Below, one piece after another: positions 26,306 through 39,299 of a stretch of DNA of 64,000 nt. The notes below the pieces were generated by a model that saw only the letters and a list, made by a program, of their open reading frames with translations, was not told the origin of the DNA and did not search any database. The translations under genes were made by a program, and so were the position numbers. The DNA comes from Pecten maximus. Lineage: Eukaryota. The stretch lies in assembly GCF_902652985.1 (NCBI RefSeq), contig NC_047032.1, positions 30,194,001-30,258,000 of the forward strand. The letters run 5' to 3'. Position 1 is the first letter of the stretch; each line of letters opens with the position of its first letter.

Positions 26306-26680
26306 TAAGCATTGATGTCATTTTTTTTTAGTTTCATCGGGGTTTTGTTTGCAAACTGTATGAATCCGCATAGCGGATTCTTACAGAAGTTTGCAAACAA
26401 AATTTGTTTCATACCCCGATGAAACTAAAAAATAATTGACATCAAAGCTTATAATTAATTTTTGAAAAAGGTTTTCTAATTTAAAACATGTTTTATGTAC
26501 AATTTTACTGGTTTTAAATGGGATTCTTTTTCTCAAATCAACACGCAACGTCAATTGTCGTATTGTGACGTCACATTTTTCGCGTCATTCTCGGAATTTC
26601 TTTCATAGAAGAATGAAAAGAATTTTTCGACCAGTCACATTTGAGTAATTACCATGAAAACAAAGAAAAATTAATTATTT
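26306..26680. mobile_element. Palindromic non-autonomous DNA element remnant (hairpin 26306-26451)
   Basis: Nested inverted arms tttagtttcatcgggg/ccccgatgaaactaaa, ttttgtttgcaaact/agtttgcaaacaaaa and gaatccgc/gcggattc; right boundary approximate. Confidence 0.55.
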
Positions 26681-26842
26681 ACATATGAATCAACACAAAA
26701 TCCTCTGTATGTAACTCTGACACGAATAATTCATTAGCAAACTCTTGCACACAGTTAGTTATGGTTGTGATCTATATACTGAGTTGGGTTTAAAGTTGGG
26801 CCTACAATATATTTGACAGATTTTAACATTAAACTTTGAGAG

Positions 26843-27863
26843 TGAAATGTTGAATCCTGGCGTTAGAGAAGTTAATGTTGAATCCTGTCATTAGAGAAGT
26901 GAAATGTTGAATCCTGTCATTAGAGAAGTTAATGTTGAATCCTGGCGTTAGAGAAGTTAATGTTGAATCCTGTCGTTAGAGAAGTTAATGTTGAATCCTG
27001 TCGTTAGAGAAGTTAACGTTGAATCCTGTCGTTAGAGAAGTTAATGTTGAATCCTGTCGTTAGAGAAGTGAATGTTGAATCCTGTCGTTAGAGAAGTTAA
27101 TGTTGAATCCTGTCGTTAGAGAAGTTAATGTTGAATCCTGTCATTAGAGAAGTTAATGTTGAATCCTGTCGTTAGAGAAGTTAATGTTGAATCCTGTCGT
27201 TAGAGAAGTTAATGTTGAATGCTGTCGTTAGAGAAGTTAATGTTGAATCCTGTCGTTAGAGAAGTTAATGTTGAATCCTGGCGTTAGAGAAGTTAATGTT
27301 GAATCCTGTCGTTAGAGAAGTTAATGTTGAATCCTGTCATTAGAGAAGTTAATGTTGAATCCTGTCGTTAGAGCAGTTAATGTTGAATCCTGTCATTAGA
27401 GAAGTTAATGTTGAATCCTGTCATTAGAGAAGTTAATGTTGAATCCTGTCATTAGAGAAGTTAATGTTGAATCCTGTCGTTAGAGAAGTTAATGTTGAAT
27501 CCTGGCGTTAGAGAAGTTAATGTTGAATCCTGTCATTAGAGAAGTTAATGTTGAATCCTGTCGTTAGAGAAGTTAATGTTGAATCCTGTCATTAGAGAAG
27601 TGAAATGTTGAATCCTGTCGTTAGAGAAGTTAATGTTGAATCCTGTCGTTAGAGAAGTTAATGTTGAATCCAGTCGTTAGAGAAGTTAATGTTGAATCCA
27701 GTCGTTAGAGAAGTGAAATGTTGAATCCTGTCATTAGAGAAGTGAAATGTTGAATCCTGTCATTAGAGAAGTTAATGTTGAATCCTGTCATTAGAGAAGT
27801 TAATGTTGAATCCTGTCGTTAGAGAAGTTAATGTTGAATCCTGTCGTTAGAGAAGTTAACGTT
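26843..27863. repeat. Minisatellite, 28-bp unit (aatgttgaatcctgtcgttagagaagtt)
   Basis: About 36 copies. Confidence 0.97.
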
Positions 27864-29228
27864 GGGTGCATTGAAATTTTGCAACATTGCTATTAGTAGC
27901 GAAACCATTCAATGACATAACAATGAATAACGATTTATTGACGTCAATTCAATTCTTGATTCATTATGCCCAGATTTCGATTAGTGTTTCTGGTTTCTAT
28001 GAAAGCTGAGAGAGCTGTACAAGCAATACATTTGATTGGCTGACAACTTGTACTATGAGCTCACTCAACCAATCACAACGACTGTGACATGAATACAACA
28101 ATATCACATTATCAAGGATGACGGAAAGATCTAGTTGGTCCATTAGCTTTTTAAAACCACTGGTATGAAAGCATTTCGGCTTCCAGTCAGTTGGAGGGAA
28201 AGCAGACAAAAACACAACTGTCTGACAAATAATTTAGGTTTTCCTTTTGTTTGTGAGTTATTTGTGAAAAACAGAATTACTTCTGGGCTGAATAAATAAT
28301 CGAAATGAAAATAATTGAATTGTCATGAGATAAGAATCGAGAATTGAATCACATCATGGCATGGGAAACTTGAATAAAAGCATCCCTTACTGCAATGATG
28401 TTCAGTCAATTGAGATGACACTTTCTATCATGTTCACATGCAATGTGACAGTCAGATATTACTTATGATAGAACTCTCAACCAGACATTCTGCATCACAT
28501 GTCTTCACAAAGTTTACTATGCAAATAAAGAATATCAATTGAATTTGAGCTGTGCATTTGTTTTGTATCTGAAAATGAAAAGTGAAGAACAATACAACTC
28601 TGACGAAATATGATCATTAAAATTTTATTTAAAATTTGCAGCAATGATTTTGGTATTCAAATGGTACCCCTTAAATACTAAATTTACCTTTTCCCTCGAA
28701 AATCTAGCTGTACCTCCAATGTTCAAACCATGTGAGTATACCAAACCCCCACAAAAAACGTGGATGGTTACACTGCTTTACCATTATGCATGGTGCAGTG
28801 ATTGGAATCAATAATCAATTAAAATCAATTATTTTTTAATTATCTTTCTCAGTGCTTACTGCACCATTCCAGCCATCTAGACACTTTTATTTTATATGAT
28901 AAAAGCAACAACATAATCCATTGTGAAAAATTTATCTCACATGTAATACCAAACAGCTGATAATCATTCGTTTAGCATGATGTCGGGTATTTCTGACTAA
29001 AGATCAATTACAGATTTCTTACTCGATTAATTGGACAAACACCCCAAACAAGTAATGCCATACAAGCTTGATTAATCAGAACACCCTTGCTAGGTGTATA
29101 ACATAGGTGCTCAAATGAGATTATATTATATAGGCTGAATGTAGTTGGAGGTGCTTAAATCAGTTTAAAAATTCTGAATCTACCTTCAGTACTATCACTT
29201 ATTTCCAAATCTGTGAAAAAATACATAC

Positions 29229-29353
29229 CTTCTGCTTCTGCTCCTGGACCGACGATGTCTCGAGTCCTCGTAATAATCACCTCTTCGCCGTTTATACTCA
29301 AACGAAGAGTCTCTACTCCGTGACCGATTCCTTCTTCTCGTTGACCTAGGCAT
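29229..29353 (-). CDS. CLK2: CLK kinase, first coding exon (MPRSTRRRNRSRSRDSSFEYKRRRGDYYEDSRHRRSRSRSR), 125 nt
   Basis: RS-dipeptide-rich; ATG immediately after the tttag| acceptor; donor AG|gtatgt; phase 2 joins the 25156 exon. Confidence 0.85.
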
Positions 29354-31109
29354 CTAAATCAAAGAAATTTAGGAATTATAAAAACTTCCAAATATTCTAT
29401 GAAGACCGTGATATGGTTCAGTTTGGATTCAAAATTACAACCGTAACCCAACCTTACATATAGAGGAGTCCAAGCTATCAACACTATATAATAATGTGAT
29501 CAGTAGTGTTCCCAACTCACCTGGTTTCTCCAGGTTGACCCGTTTTTAGGCCACAAAGATTAAATACCTATTTGACCTGTGGGCTTTTTAAATAATCTGC
29601 ATTTTAGATTCAAGACCAGGGATGACCCGATTTGTATTCTCATGATTCAATGTACCTGTACATGTTCATCCACATTTTAGATTCAAGACCGGAGATGATC
29701 CAGATTTGCAAATTTAAACTCATGTCATGATGATGTATGCATTTCAGTTAAAGTCCTGGGATGGGATGACCCAGATTTGTAATAATGATGATTATATCTG
29801 TATTATAGATTCAAAACCTGGAAGATCCGGATTTGTTACATAAAGGAGATGGGCAGGATGTCAAATCACGATCAGATCAAGCAAAAAGATCTAGTGTATA
29901 TATGTACTGAGCAGTAGGAAGGTCTCTATATCCAGTGTTTTTTTTTTGTACATTTGGGACCTATAAAGGCCTCTTCCCATAGTGAGATTTTGTTGTATTT
30001 TCCTAAATATCATTATCATATTTTCCCAAACAGAAATTGTTTCAAATGTCCTAGTACAACCATCTGTTTGATTGTACTCATGCTATTATTTCTATATATC
30101 GAAGCTAAATTAAACATAAAATATCTGTTGAGTGTTGATAGTTGATTAGTAAAACACAAAAACTCTTCAAAGAAATATTGTTTATAATATTAAATAAGCA
30201 AACAAGGCGCACTTCTCAATAAAATATACCAAAACCTGAAATGTTGATGCACTATATAGGGTGCACTTAATCGTAAAATCAAAATACAAAGTCTCGCAAT
30301 ATACTGACACAGTTGTCTTTATTTACTGTGCGAGTTAACGTTCCCAACGAGTGGATAATATAAATAGTAACGGTATACAACAATATGTCATTTTACCAGC
30401 TCTTTACTCCTAGTCCAGTGGTAGGTCTCTTAAATGCATCAGGTGACTAGTTGGAATACTTAATGAAGGGCAGATAGAGTCAGATAGGAGACTGAATTTG
30501 TAGAGCAAGAATCTAAAACCTAAATGTACAGTACTAGCGATACATGTGTGTCTCTCGGGTGGTCAAATACATGGTATTTAATTACTATATATAGTACTCC
30601 AGTACTGTTACAGATGATAAAACATGACATGGGATGGTGATAGCATGCTCTGTGGTAAGCCTAGTTTGTCACATATAGGCCTATACTATATTACAATAAT
30701 TATAATGCTGTAAACCATTTTGTACCATGTTATCATATGTTCCGAGTTACATTTCATCAACAGGCGGCTTTACCAAGTTAAAATGGGTAATATTATCCAA
30801 AAATCCAGGGAGAAAATACAATGAATACGTTCCAAATCTACGCAAGTCCATGTAGTTGAGCAAAGCATAAAACAAAACTGGTAGGTTTACCATAACAAAT
30901 AATTAGCCAGAAATCAAGCTGTAAAAGGGGTCATTGTGATATTGTGTTATGCTACCAATGTATTATCATCAATTAGAAACTTAATCCATGTATTACTGGC
31001 GTACATTAGATTCGATAAAGCCCAGTTCATTTCCCAATCAAACCACATGGAGGTGTTTTAATCTATTCAACGGAGAAACGTTCTTTCAACGTTATCATCA
31101 TGTTTTGTG

Positions 31110-31400
31110 TATTCAAGATGGCGGGCCAAAATCGGCAACAGGTCAAGCGTCACTACAACCCTAATTTAGACATATATTTTTGGACATTCAATGGGAACAA
31201 AACATCAGAACCGTATATTACACCCGTAAACTTACTGTGGTTTGTGGCTTCCTATATCGATTATCCCACAAAAAGTCTAATTTAAATTTACTAGCACACC
31301 TCGACACGAAGCCAGCCAACACATCCATCCATCCGAATGGATTTTTGTTTTGACCAATGAAAAGTGTCGTTACATACAGGCGTAAAGAAATATTGTTGCA
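31110..31400 (-). promoter_or_regulatory. Probable CLK promoter and non-coding exon 1 (donor CA|gtaagt at 31235-31230)
   Basis: Consensus donor; CCAAT box ~31354; YY1-type aagatggcg ~31115; local CpG enrichment; a non-coding first exon is required because the ATG exon begins at an acceptor. Confidence 0.55.
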
Positions 31401-32211
31401 GTGCGCGACAATCTTATAGACCGGGAACGGTTAGGGCCATGTTCAAAAACGGCTTGACAGAAGAGTTTAGTTTTCGACGGACCTAGGTGATATCAGAGAC
31501 GTATATACCATGATATACAAGTCTCTGGTGATATTATATACTTTTTGGCGTGTATATTGACAGAAACTTAATATATGTATTTCCAGAGACCTAGGTCTCT
31601 GATATTTCCAATGTATTAACGTTACATTTAACATGTGTGATAACTTGTAAGTACCTTGCACGCGCCATTTAATTTGTATGAGAGAGAGAGAGATGCAAAT
31701 AAATAATGAAAAAGGGAAATCTTTACAACAGGTCATTTCGCCGTAAATTCATTACCATGTCGCCCCAAAATTCAATTCGACAACAGAAAGATATTCACGT
31801 CTATTAAATTGTTTATGTTGTTGTTGTTTTTTAGATTTTTTTTAGATATCTATTAAAATAATAGTTTTATTTATTTACAACAATTGCGAAACAATGGCCT
31901 AGATAAAATATTACCTCTGCGACAGGTAACAGGTATTACAATGTTACCAATCAGTTTCAACATCCGTTTCTTTAATAGAAAAAAGTTTTACACAGAATGT
32001 ACCGTACCTAACCAACATTGTGGATTTTCCAATGGTGTTTAATTCTGTTGTGTTTTCAATAGGGATATATATTATAACGGGTATGTCCCTGGTTTTCAAA
32101 GTTTAGAATTGGTATAAAATCATGCTCATATGGACGGAGTTTGAGTTTAAAGTTCTGAGTGAATAGGCTACATGTATCTGCATAAAATGGACACTTAATT
32201 ACAAAACAATA

Positions 32212-32370
32212 TGTAACCCTGGTAAATACAAGCCGCAATATAGCGCTCGGCTAGAGAGATCTTCTCTTTAGCTCGATCGGTTGAGCGTAAGACTAGTAAG
32301 CCAGCGGTCCTGGGTTCGATCCCTAGCGGAGGCAGTGATTTAAATTACATTAATCCTGAGCTCTGTTACA
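32212..32370 (+). mobile_element. 159-bp element with TGTAAC...GTTACA termini enclosing a tRNA-Thr(AGT)-like sequence (solo-LTR-like)
   Basis: 6-bp inverted termini; A box tagctcgatcgg, anticodon loop ctagtaa, B box ggttcgatccc; stems imperfect, so not a functional tRNA. Confidence 0.65.
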
Positions 32371-32922
32371 CCTATATAAGTATCACGATTATTACATAAC
32401 GCACAGACTGTCAATATTATTGATATTGAAATAACGTTTAGCCAGCGACCAGTAGAGTGAGGATAGAGCTGCTTGGGAATAGTGTACATATACACACATT
32501 TAGCTAGGTTCGATGTACCAAAACGCTATCCAACTAGCCTAATCAAAAAAGTTTAATTTGGACAGAGACGTATATATAGGTCACTGATTTGGGTTAGTTT
32601 TATGTCATGCGTTTCGTTTCCATTTGTGAACAGAAGAAAACCAATATTTTAGCCTTTTCAATCACGGCTTTCTCATTGCTTTTCACTTCAATTTAATGGG
32701 ATTGATTGTGTACACTAACCGGGGTTTTGGTTTTCTTCATTGGAGTGGAAACTATTTTATAATAATCCGTAACTCTAATCTTTTAATCCAATATTGTGTT
32801 ATAACGTTGTTTTTTTGTTTTTTTTTCTTTGTAGAAAACTTCCTATTCAGACGTGGAATTATTTCTTTTAATGTTCCCATTATTTTCCAGCAGTAGATGC
32901 TGTCGGTACACATTTAGCCCAG

Positions 32923-35900
32923 GTGTAGCGAGGTAGGGCCGAGGGCGGGTCGTCCGTGTGTAGCGAGGTAGGGCCGAGGGCGGGTAGTCCCTGTGTAGCA
33001 AGGTAGGGCCGAGGGCGGGTCGTCCATGTGTAGCGAGGTAGGGCCGAGGGCGGGTAGTACCTGTGTAGCAAGGTAGGGCCGAGGGCGGGTCGTCCATGTG
33101 TAGCGAGGTAGGGCCGAGGGCGGGTAGTCCCTGTGTAGCAAGGTAGGGCCGAGGGCGGGTCGTCCATGTGTAGCGAGGTAGGGCCGAGGGCGGGTCGTCC
33201 ATGTGTAGCGAGGTAGGGCCGAGGGCGGGTAGTCCCTGTGTAGCAAGGTAGGGCCGAGGGCGGGTCGTCCATGTGTAGCGAGGTAGGGCCGAGGGCGGGT
33301 AGTCCCTGTGTAGCGATATAGGGCCGAGGGCGGGTTGTCCCTGTGTAGCGATATAGGGCCGAGGGCGGGTTGTCCCTGTGTAGCGATATAGGGCCGAGGG
33401 CGGGTAGTCCCTGTGTAGCGAGATAGGGTCGAGGGCGGGTAGTACCTGTGTAGCGAGGTAGGACCGAGGGCGGGTAGTCCCTGTGTAGCGAGGTAGGGCC
33501 GAGGGCGGGTAGTACCTGTGTAGCGAGGTAGGGCCGAGGGCGGGTAGTCCCTGTGTAGCGAGGTAGGACCGAGGGCGGGTAGTCCCTGTGTAGCGATGTA
33601 GGGCCGAGGGCGGGTAGTCCCTGTGTAGCGAGGTAGGACCGAGGGTGGATAGTCCCTGTGTAGCGAGGTAGGACCAAGGGCGGGTAGTCCCTGTGTAGCG
33701 AGGTAGGACCAAGGGCGGGTAGTCCCTGTGTAGCGAGGTAGGACCAAGGGCGGGTAGTCCCTGTGTAGCGAGGTAGGACCGAGGGTGGATAGTCCCTGTG
33801 TAGCGAGGTAGGGCCGAGGGCGGGTAGTCCCTGTGTAGCGAGGCAGGGCCGAGGGTGGGTAGTCCCTGTGTAGCGAGGTAGGACCGAGGGCGGGTAGTCC
33901 ATGTGTAGCGAGGTAGGGCCGAGGGCGGGTAGTCCCTGTGTTGCGAGGTAGGGCCGAGGGTGGATAGTCACTCTGTAGCGAGGTAGGGCCGAGGGTGGAT
34001 AGTCACTCTGTAGCGAGGTAGGGCCGAGGGCGGGTAGTCCGTGTGTAGCGAGGTAGGGCCGAGGGCGGGTAGTCCATGTGTAGCAAGGTAGGGCCGAGGG
34101 CGGGTAGTCCATGTGTAGCAAGGTAGGACCGAGGGCGGGTAGTCCATGTGTAGCGAGGTAGGGCCGAGGGCGGGTAGTCCATGTGTAGCAAGGTAGGGCC
34201 GAGGGCGGGTAGTCCCTGTGTAGCGAGGCAGGGCCGAGGGTGGGTAGTCCCTGTGTAGCGAGGTAGGACCGAGGGTGGATAGTCCCTGTGTAGCGAGGTA
34301 GGGCCGCTGTCGGGTACTCCCTGTGTTGCGAGGTAGGGCCGAGGGTGGATAGTCACTCTGTAGCGAGGTAGGGCCGAGGGTGGATAGTCACTCTGTAGCG
34401 AGGTAGGGCCGAGGGCGGGTAGTCCGTGTGTAGCGAGGTAGGGCCGAGGGCGGGTAGTCCATGTGTAGCAAGGTAGGGCCGAGGGCGGGTAGTCCATGTG
34501 TAGCAAGGTAGGACCGAGGGCGGGTAGTCCATGTGTAGCGAGGTAGGGCCGAGGGCGGGTAGTCCATGTGTAGCAAGGTAGGGCCGAGGGCGGGTAGTCC
34601 ATGTGTAGCGAGGTAGGACCGAGGGCGGGTAGTCCATGTGTAGCGAGGTAGGGCCGAGGGCGGGTAGTCCCTGTGTAGCGAGGTAGGACCGAGGGCGGGT
34701 AGTCCCTGTGTAGTCCCTGTGTAGCAAGGTAGGGCCGAGGCCGGGTAGTCCGTGTGTATCGAGGTAGGACCGAGGGCGGGTAGTCCCTGTGTAGCGAGAT
34801 AGGGTCGAGGGCGGATAGTACCTGTGTAGCGAGGTAGGACCGAGGGCGGGTAGTCCCTGTGTAGCGATATAGGGCCGAGGGTGGATAGTCCATGTGTAGC
34901 GAGGTAGGACCGAGGGCGGGTAGTCCCTGTGTAGCAAGGTAGGGCCGAGGGCGGGTAGTCCATGTGTAGCGAGGTAGGACCGAGGGTGGATAGTCCCTGT
35001 GTAGCGAGGTAGGGCCGAGGGCGGGTAGTCCCTGTGTAGCGAGGTAGGACCGAGGGCCGGGAGTCCGTGTGTAGCGAGGTAGGACCGAGGGCGGGTAGTC
35101 CCTGTGTAGCGAGGTAGGGCCGAGGGCGGGTAGTTCCTGTGTAGCGAGGTAGGACCGAGGGTGGGTAGTCCCTGTGTAGCGAGGTAGGGCCGAGGGTGGA
35201 TAGTCACTGTGTAGCGAGGTAGGACCGAGGGTGGATAGTCCCTGTGTAGCGAGGTAGGACCAAGGGCGGGTAGTCCCTGTGTAGCGAGGTAGGACCAAGG
35301 GCGGGTAGTCCCTGTGTAGCGAGGTAGGACCGAGGGTGGGTTGTCCCTGTGTAGCGAGGTAGGACCGAGGGCGGGTAGTCCCTGTGTAGCGAGATAGGGC
35401 CGAGGGCGGGTAGTCCCTGTGTAGCGAGGTAGGGCCGAGGGCGGGTAGTACCTGTGTAGCGAGGTAGGGCCGAGGGTGGATAGTCCCTGTGTAGCGAGGT
35501 AGGACCGAGGGCGGGTAGTCCCTGTGTAGCGAGGTAGGACCAAGGGTGGATTGTCCCTGTGTAGCGAGGTAGGACCGAGGGCGGGTAGTCCCTGTGTAGC
35601 GAGGTAGGACCGAGGGCGGGTAGTCCCTGTGTAGCGAGGTAGGACCGAGGGCGGGTAGTCCCTGTGTAGCGAGGTAGGACCGAGGGTGGATAGTCCTTGT
35701 GTAGCGAGGTAGGACCGAGGGTGGATAGTCCCTGTGTAGCGAGGTAAGACCGAGGGCGGGTTGTCCCTGTGTAGCGAGGTAGGGCCGAGGGCGGGTAGTC
35801 CGTGTGTAGCGAGGTAGGACCGAGGGAGGGTAGTCCCTGTGTAGCGAGGAAGGGCCGAGGGCGGGTAGTCCCTGTGTAGCGAGGTAGGACCGAGGGCGGG

Positions 35901-36471
35901 TAGTACCTGTGTAGCGAGGTAGGGCCGAGGGCGGGTAGTCCGTGTGTAGCGAGGTAGGACCGAGGGTGGGTAGTCCCTGTGTAGTGAGGTAGGGCCGAGG
36001 GCGGGTTGTCCCTGTGTAGCGATATAGGGCCGAGGGCGGGTAGTCCGTGTAGGACCGAGGGTGGGTAGTCCCTGTGCAGTGAGGTAGGACCGAGGGCGGG
36101 TTGTCCCTGTGTAGCGAGGTAGGACCGAGGGCGGGTTGTCCCTGTGTAGCGAGGTAGGACCGAGGGCGGGTAGTCCCTGTGTAGCGAGGCAGGGCCGAGG
36201 GCGGGTTGTCTCTGTGTAGCGATATAGGGCCGAGGGCGGGTTGTCCCTGTGTAGCGATATAGGGCCGAGGGCGGGTTGTCCCTGTGTAGCGATATAGGGC
36301 CGAGGGCGGATAGTCCATGTGTAGCGATATAGGTCCGAGGGCGGGTAGTCCCTGTGTAGCGAGGTAGGGCCGAGGGCGGGTAGTCCCTGTGTAGCGAGGT
36401 AGGGCCGAGGGCGGGTAGTCCCTGTGTAGCGAGGTAGGGCCGAGGGCGGGTAGTCCCTGTGTAGCGAGGTA
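32923..36471. repeat. GC/CpG-rich minisatellite, 35-bp unit (gtgtagcgaggtagggccgagggcgggtagtccct)
   Basis: About 100 copies; source of all overlapping PRYTGTTRPR ORFs on the minus strand. Confidence 0.98.
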
Positions 36472-36761
36472 TACAAAGAATGCACGTCCCTGTTTTATTA
36501 CAATGTAAATTGTATATCAGAGTATTGACGCTTAAATATTTTATCAATGTAATATTGGTATATCTAGCCTTTATAGAACTAGCAATGAAATGTGCTGAAA
36601 TCGAAATAAACATGCAAATATACAACATGCCATTACAGCTGTCACCTTTCTGAGATCTATACATCACACCTGTAAATAACAGAACGTGCCTGAAGGTCAC
36701 AGATACTGGTGATAACCGTTAGGTAGGACACTCGTGTATTGTATATTCACACCTGAGTAAG

Positions 36762-38095
36762 TCTGCTGAAGGGTAATTACCAAATACAGTAACCTTACCC
36801 TCTGCTGAAGGGTAATTACCAAATATAGTAACCTTACCCTCTGCTGAAGGGTAATTACCAAATATAGTACCCATACCCTCTACTGAAGGGTAATTACCAA
36901 ATATAGTACCCATACCCTCTACTGAAGGGTAATTACCAAATACAGTAACCATACCCTCTACTGAAGGGTAATTACCAAATACAGTAACCATACCCTCTAC
37001 TGAAGGGTAATTACCAAATATAGTACCCATACCCTCTACTGAAGGGTAATTACCAAATACAGTAACCATACCCTCTACTGAAGGGTAATTACCAAATATA
37101 GTACCCATACCCTCTACTGAAGGGTAATTACCAAATATAGTACCCATACCCTCTACTGAAGGGTAATTACCAAATACAGTACCCATACCCTCTACTGAAG
37201 GGTAATTACCAAATATAGTACCCATACCCTCTACTGAAGGGTAATTACCAAATATAGTACCCATACCCTCTACTGAAGGGTAATTACCAAATACAGTACC
37301 CATACCCTCTACTGAAGGGTAATTACCAAATACAGTAACCATACCCTCTGCTGAAGGGTAATTACCAAATACAGTACCCATACCCTCTACTGAAGGGTAA
37401 TTACCAAATACAGTACCCATACCCTCTACTGAAGGGTAATTACCCAATATAGTACCCATACCCTCTACTGAAGGGTAATTACCAAATATAGTACCCATAC
37501 CCTCTACTGAAGGGTAATTACCAAATACAGTAACCATACCCTCTACTGAAGGGTAATTACCAAATACAGTAACCATACCCTCTACTGAAGGGTAATTACC
37601 AAATACAGTACCCATACCCTCTACTGAAGGGTAATTACCAAATATAGTACCCATACCCTCTACTGAAGGGTAATTACCAAATATAGTACCCATACCCTCT
37701 ACTGAAGGGTAATTACCAAATATAGTACCCATACCCTCTACTGAAGGGTAATTACCAAATACAGTACCCATACCCTCTACTGAAGGGTAATTACCAAATA
37801 TAGTACCCCTACCCTCTACTGAAGGGTAATTACCAAATATAGTACCCATACCCTCTACTGAAGGGTAATTACCAAATATAGTACCCATACCCTCTACTGA
37901 AGGGTAATTACCAAATATAGTACCCATACCCTCTACTGAAGGGTAATTACCAAATATAGTACCCATACCCTCTACTGAAGGGTAATTACCAAATATAGTA
38001 CCCATACCCTCTACTGAAGGGTAATTACCAAATACAGTAACCATACTCTCTACTGAAGGGTAATTACCAAATACAGTAACCATACCCTCTACTGA
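36762..38095. repeat. Minisatellite, 39-bp unit (ctctactgaagggtaattaccaaatatagtacccatacc)
   Basis: About 34 copies; source of the FGNYPSVEGMGTI ORF. Confidence 0.97.
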
Positions 38096-38479
38096 GACCA
38101 CAACTAACGATAAACGGGCCTGTAAGTAATTCTATAGTTTCTCATTATATACCAATTCTAATCTAGGTCATTTTATCTAATCCAATTAATCTTATATCGA
38201 AATATCTGTTTTAATTTTTTATGTAACTATCCCTTAACAAATTCACCACATCAAAGCAAAAGTGGAGGGGTTTATCATTGATTACAAACCGTTTACTTTG
38301 GTTATTTCTCTTTCTCGGCACAAGTATACTGAAGTTAACAGAGATAGTTACGAATATGTTACAAAACGGATTCGTTACTCGTCAAAACAGTACTTTAATT
38401 AAACTTTATTTCGTTTCTTTTGATCAGAGACTTGTATATCAGGGGTATATACGTCTCTGTTTTGATAGAGCATATGACA

Positions 38480-39299
38480 ACATGTTTTTATCAACAAACA
38501 GAACAGGATATGGAAACAAGCTTGAAAGCTTATACTAATCCACTTTCTTCAATTGGAATTTACATATTATCTACTAGAAGGAGAGGGTGTGTATGGAAGA
38601 GGGGATAGCCAGCTTAATTTATTAACAGCATCGAATCTTTCATGATTACAATTATCGCAAAAAAAAAGGGGGGGGGGGGGGGGGGGGGGGGGGGGTGGAG
38701 AAAAAAAAATACAAAAAAATGCAGGGTACCAAGTAGCAATTATAAACTTTTGTATACATGTAAACAATTCCTTATTTTCTTCGAAAGAGAGGTTTTTATC
38801 TCCAAATAGTAACAGCCTTTCAGATAAGTGATACTGATTGATCGGATTAAAGTATGGCATGCGTAGATTAACGTATAGTGGGCATCGCAAAAGATAGTGG
38901 GTGAACAGAGAGGACTATCAACAAAGCCTTTCGAGTAAAGGTGGCTATTTAGGGAGCTACATTCCATTCTTATAGTCTCGCATGGAGGATCTGACCTTGT
39001 CTGCTTCCAGAGGAGAAATATAATGGTACTTTGGTGGAAGGTCCATGCAAGTGTTTCTTAAATTTTCGCAATGACGGATTCGTTTTAACATCAGACGGAA
39101 GAGAGTTCCAAGTTTTAAGGTAAGGGGAATGAAATAATTTTGAAACAAAGAAATATGACAAAGAAGAGGACGAAACTTTTCTCCGTCTCTAGTAGCATGA
39201 GTATGTACATCGGAATTTCTATGTGGGAGGATGTCTTGTAAAAAGGGGGAACCATACCATGAACCATTTTATGAAACTGTATAAGTGTATGTTCTGACG
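38480..39299 (-). mobile_element. Non-LTR retrotransposon (CR1/L2-like) 3' portion: ORF2 C-terminus and 3' UTR, degraded
   Basis: Frameshifted translation ..FHKMVHGMVP..TWNSLP..ILHARL..SSLNSHLYSKGFVDSPLC..LLFGD..FII; G homopolymer at ~38668-38695. Confidence 0.8.

Noticed and set aside
32262-32335. Functional tRNA-Thr(AGT) gene
   Set aside because: Acceptor and anticodon stems pair poorly, there is no clean terminator, and it is embedded in a repeated element.
32843-36700. Large Pro-rich ORFs (up to 771 aa)
   Set aside because: All three minus frames are open because the 35-bp unit has no stop on that strand; a repeat artefact.
36719-38101. 460-aa repeat-protein ORF (FGNYPSVEGMGTI)n
   Set aside because: Coextensive with a 39-bp minisatellite, with no signal peptide or unique domain; coding cannot be strictly excluded without RNA data but is unsupported.
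38660-38710. Poly-G / poly-Pro stretch
   Set aside because: Homopolymer in a LINE 3' UTR; length unreliable and not coding.
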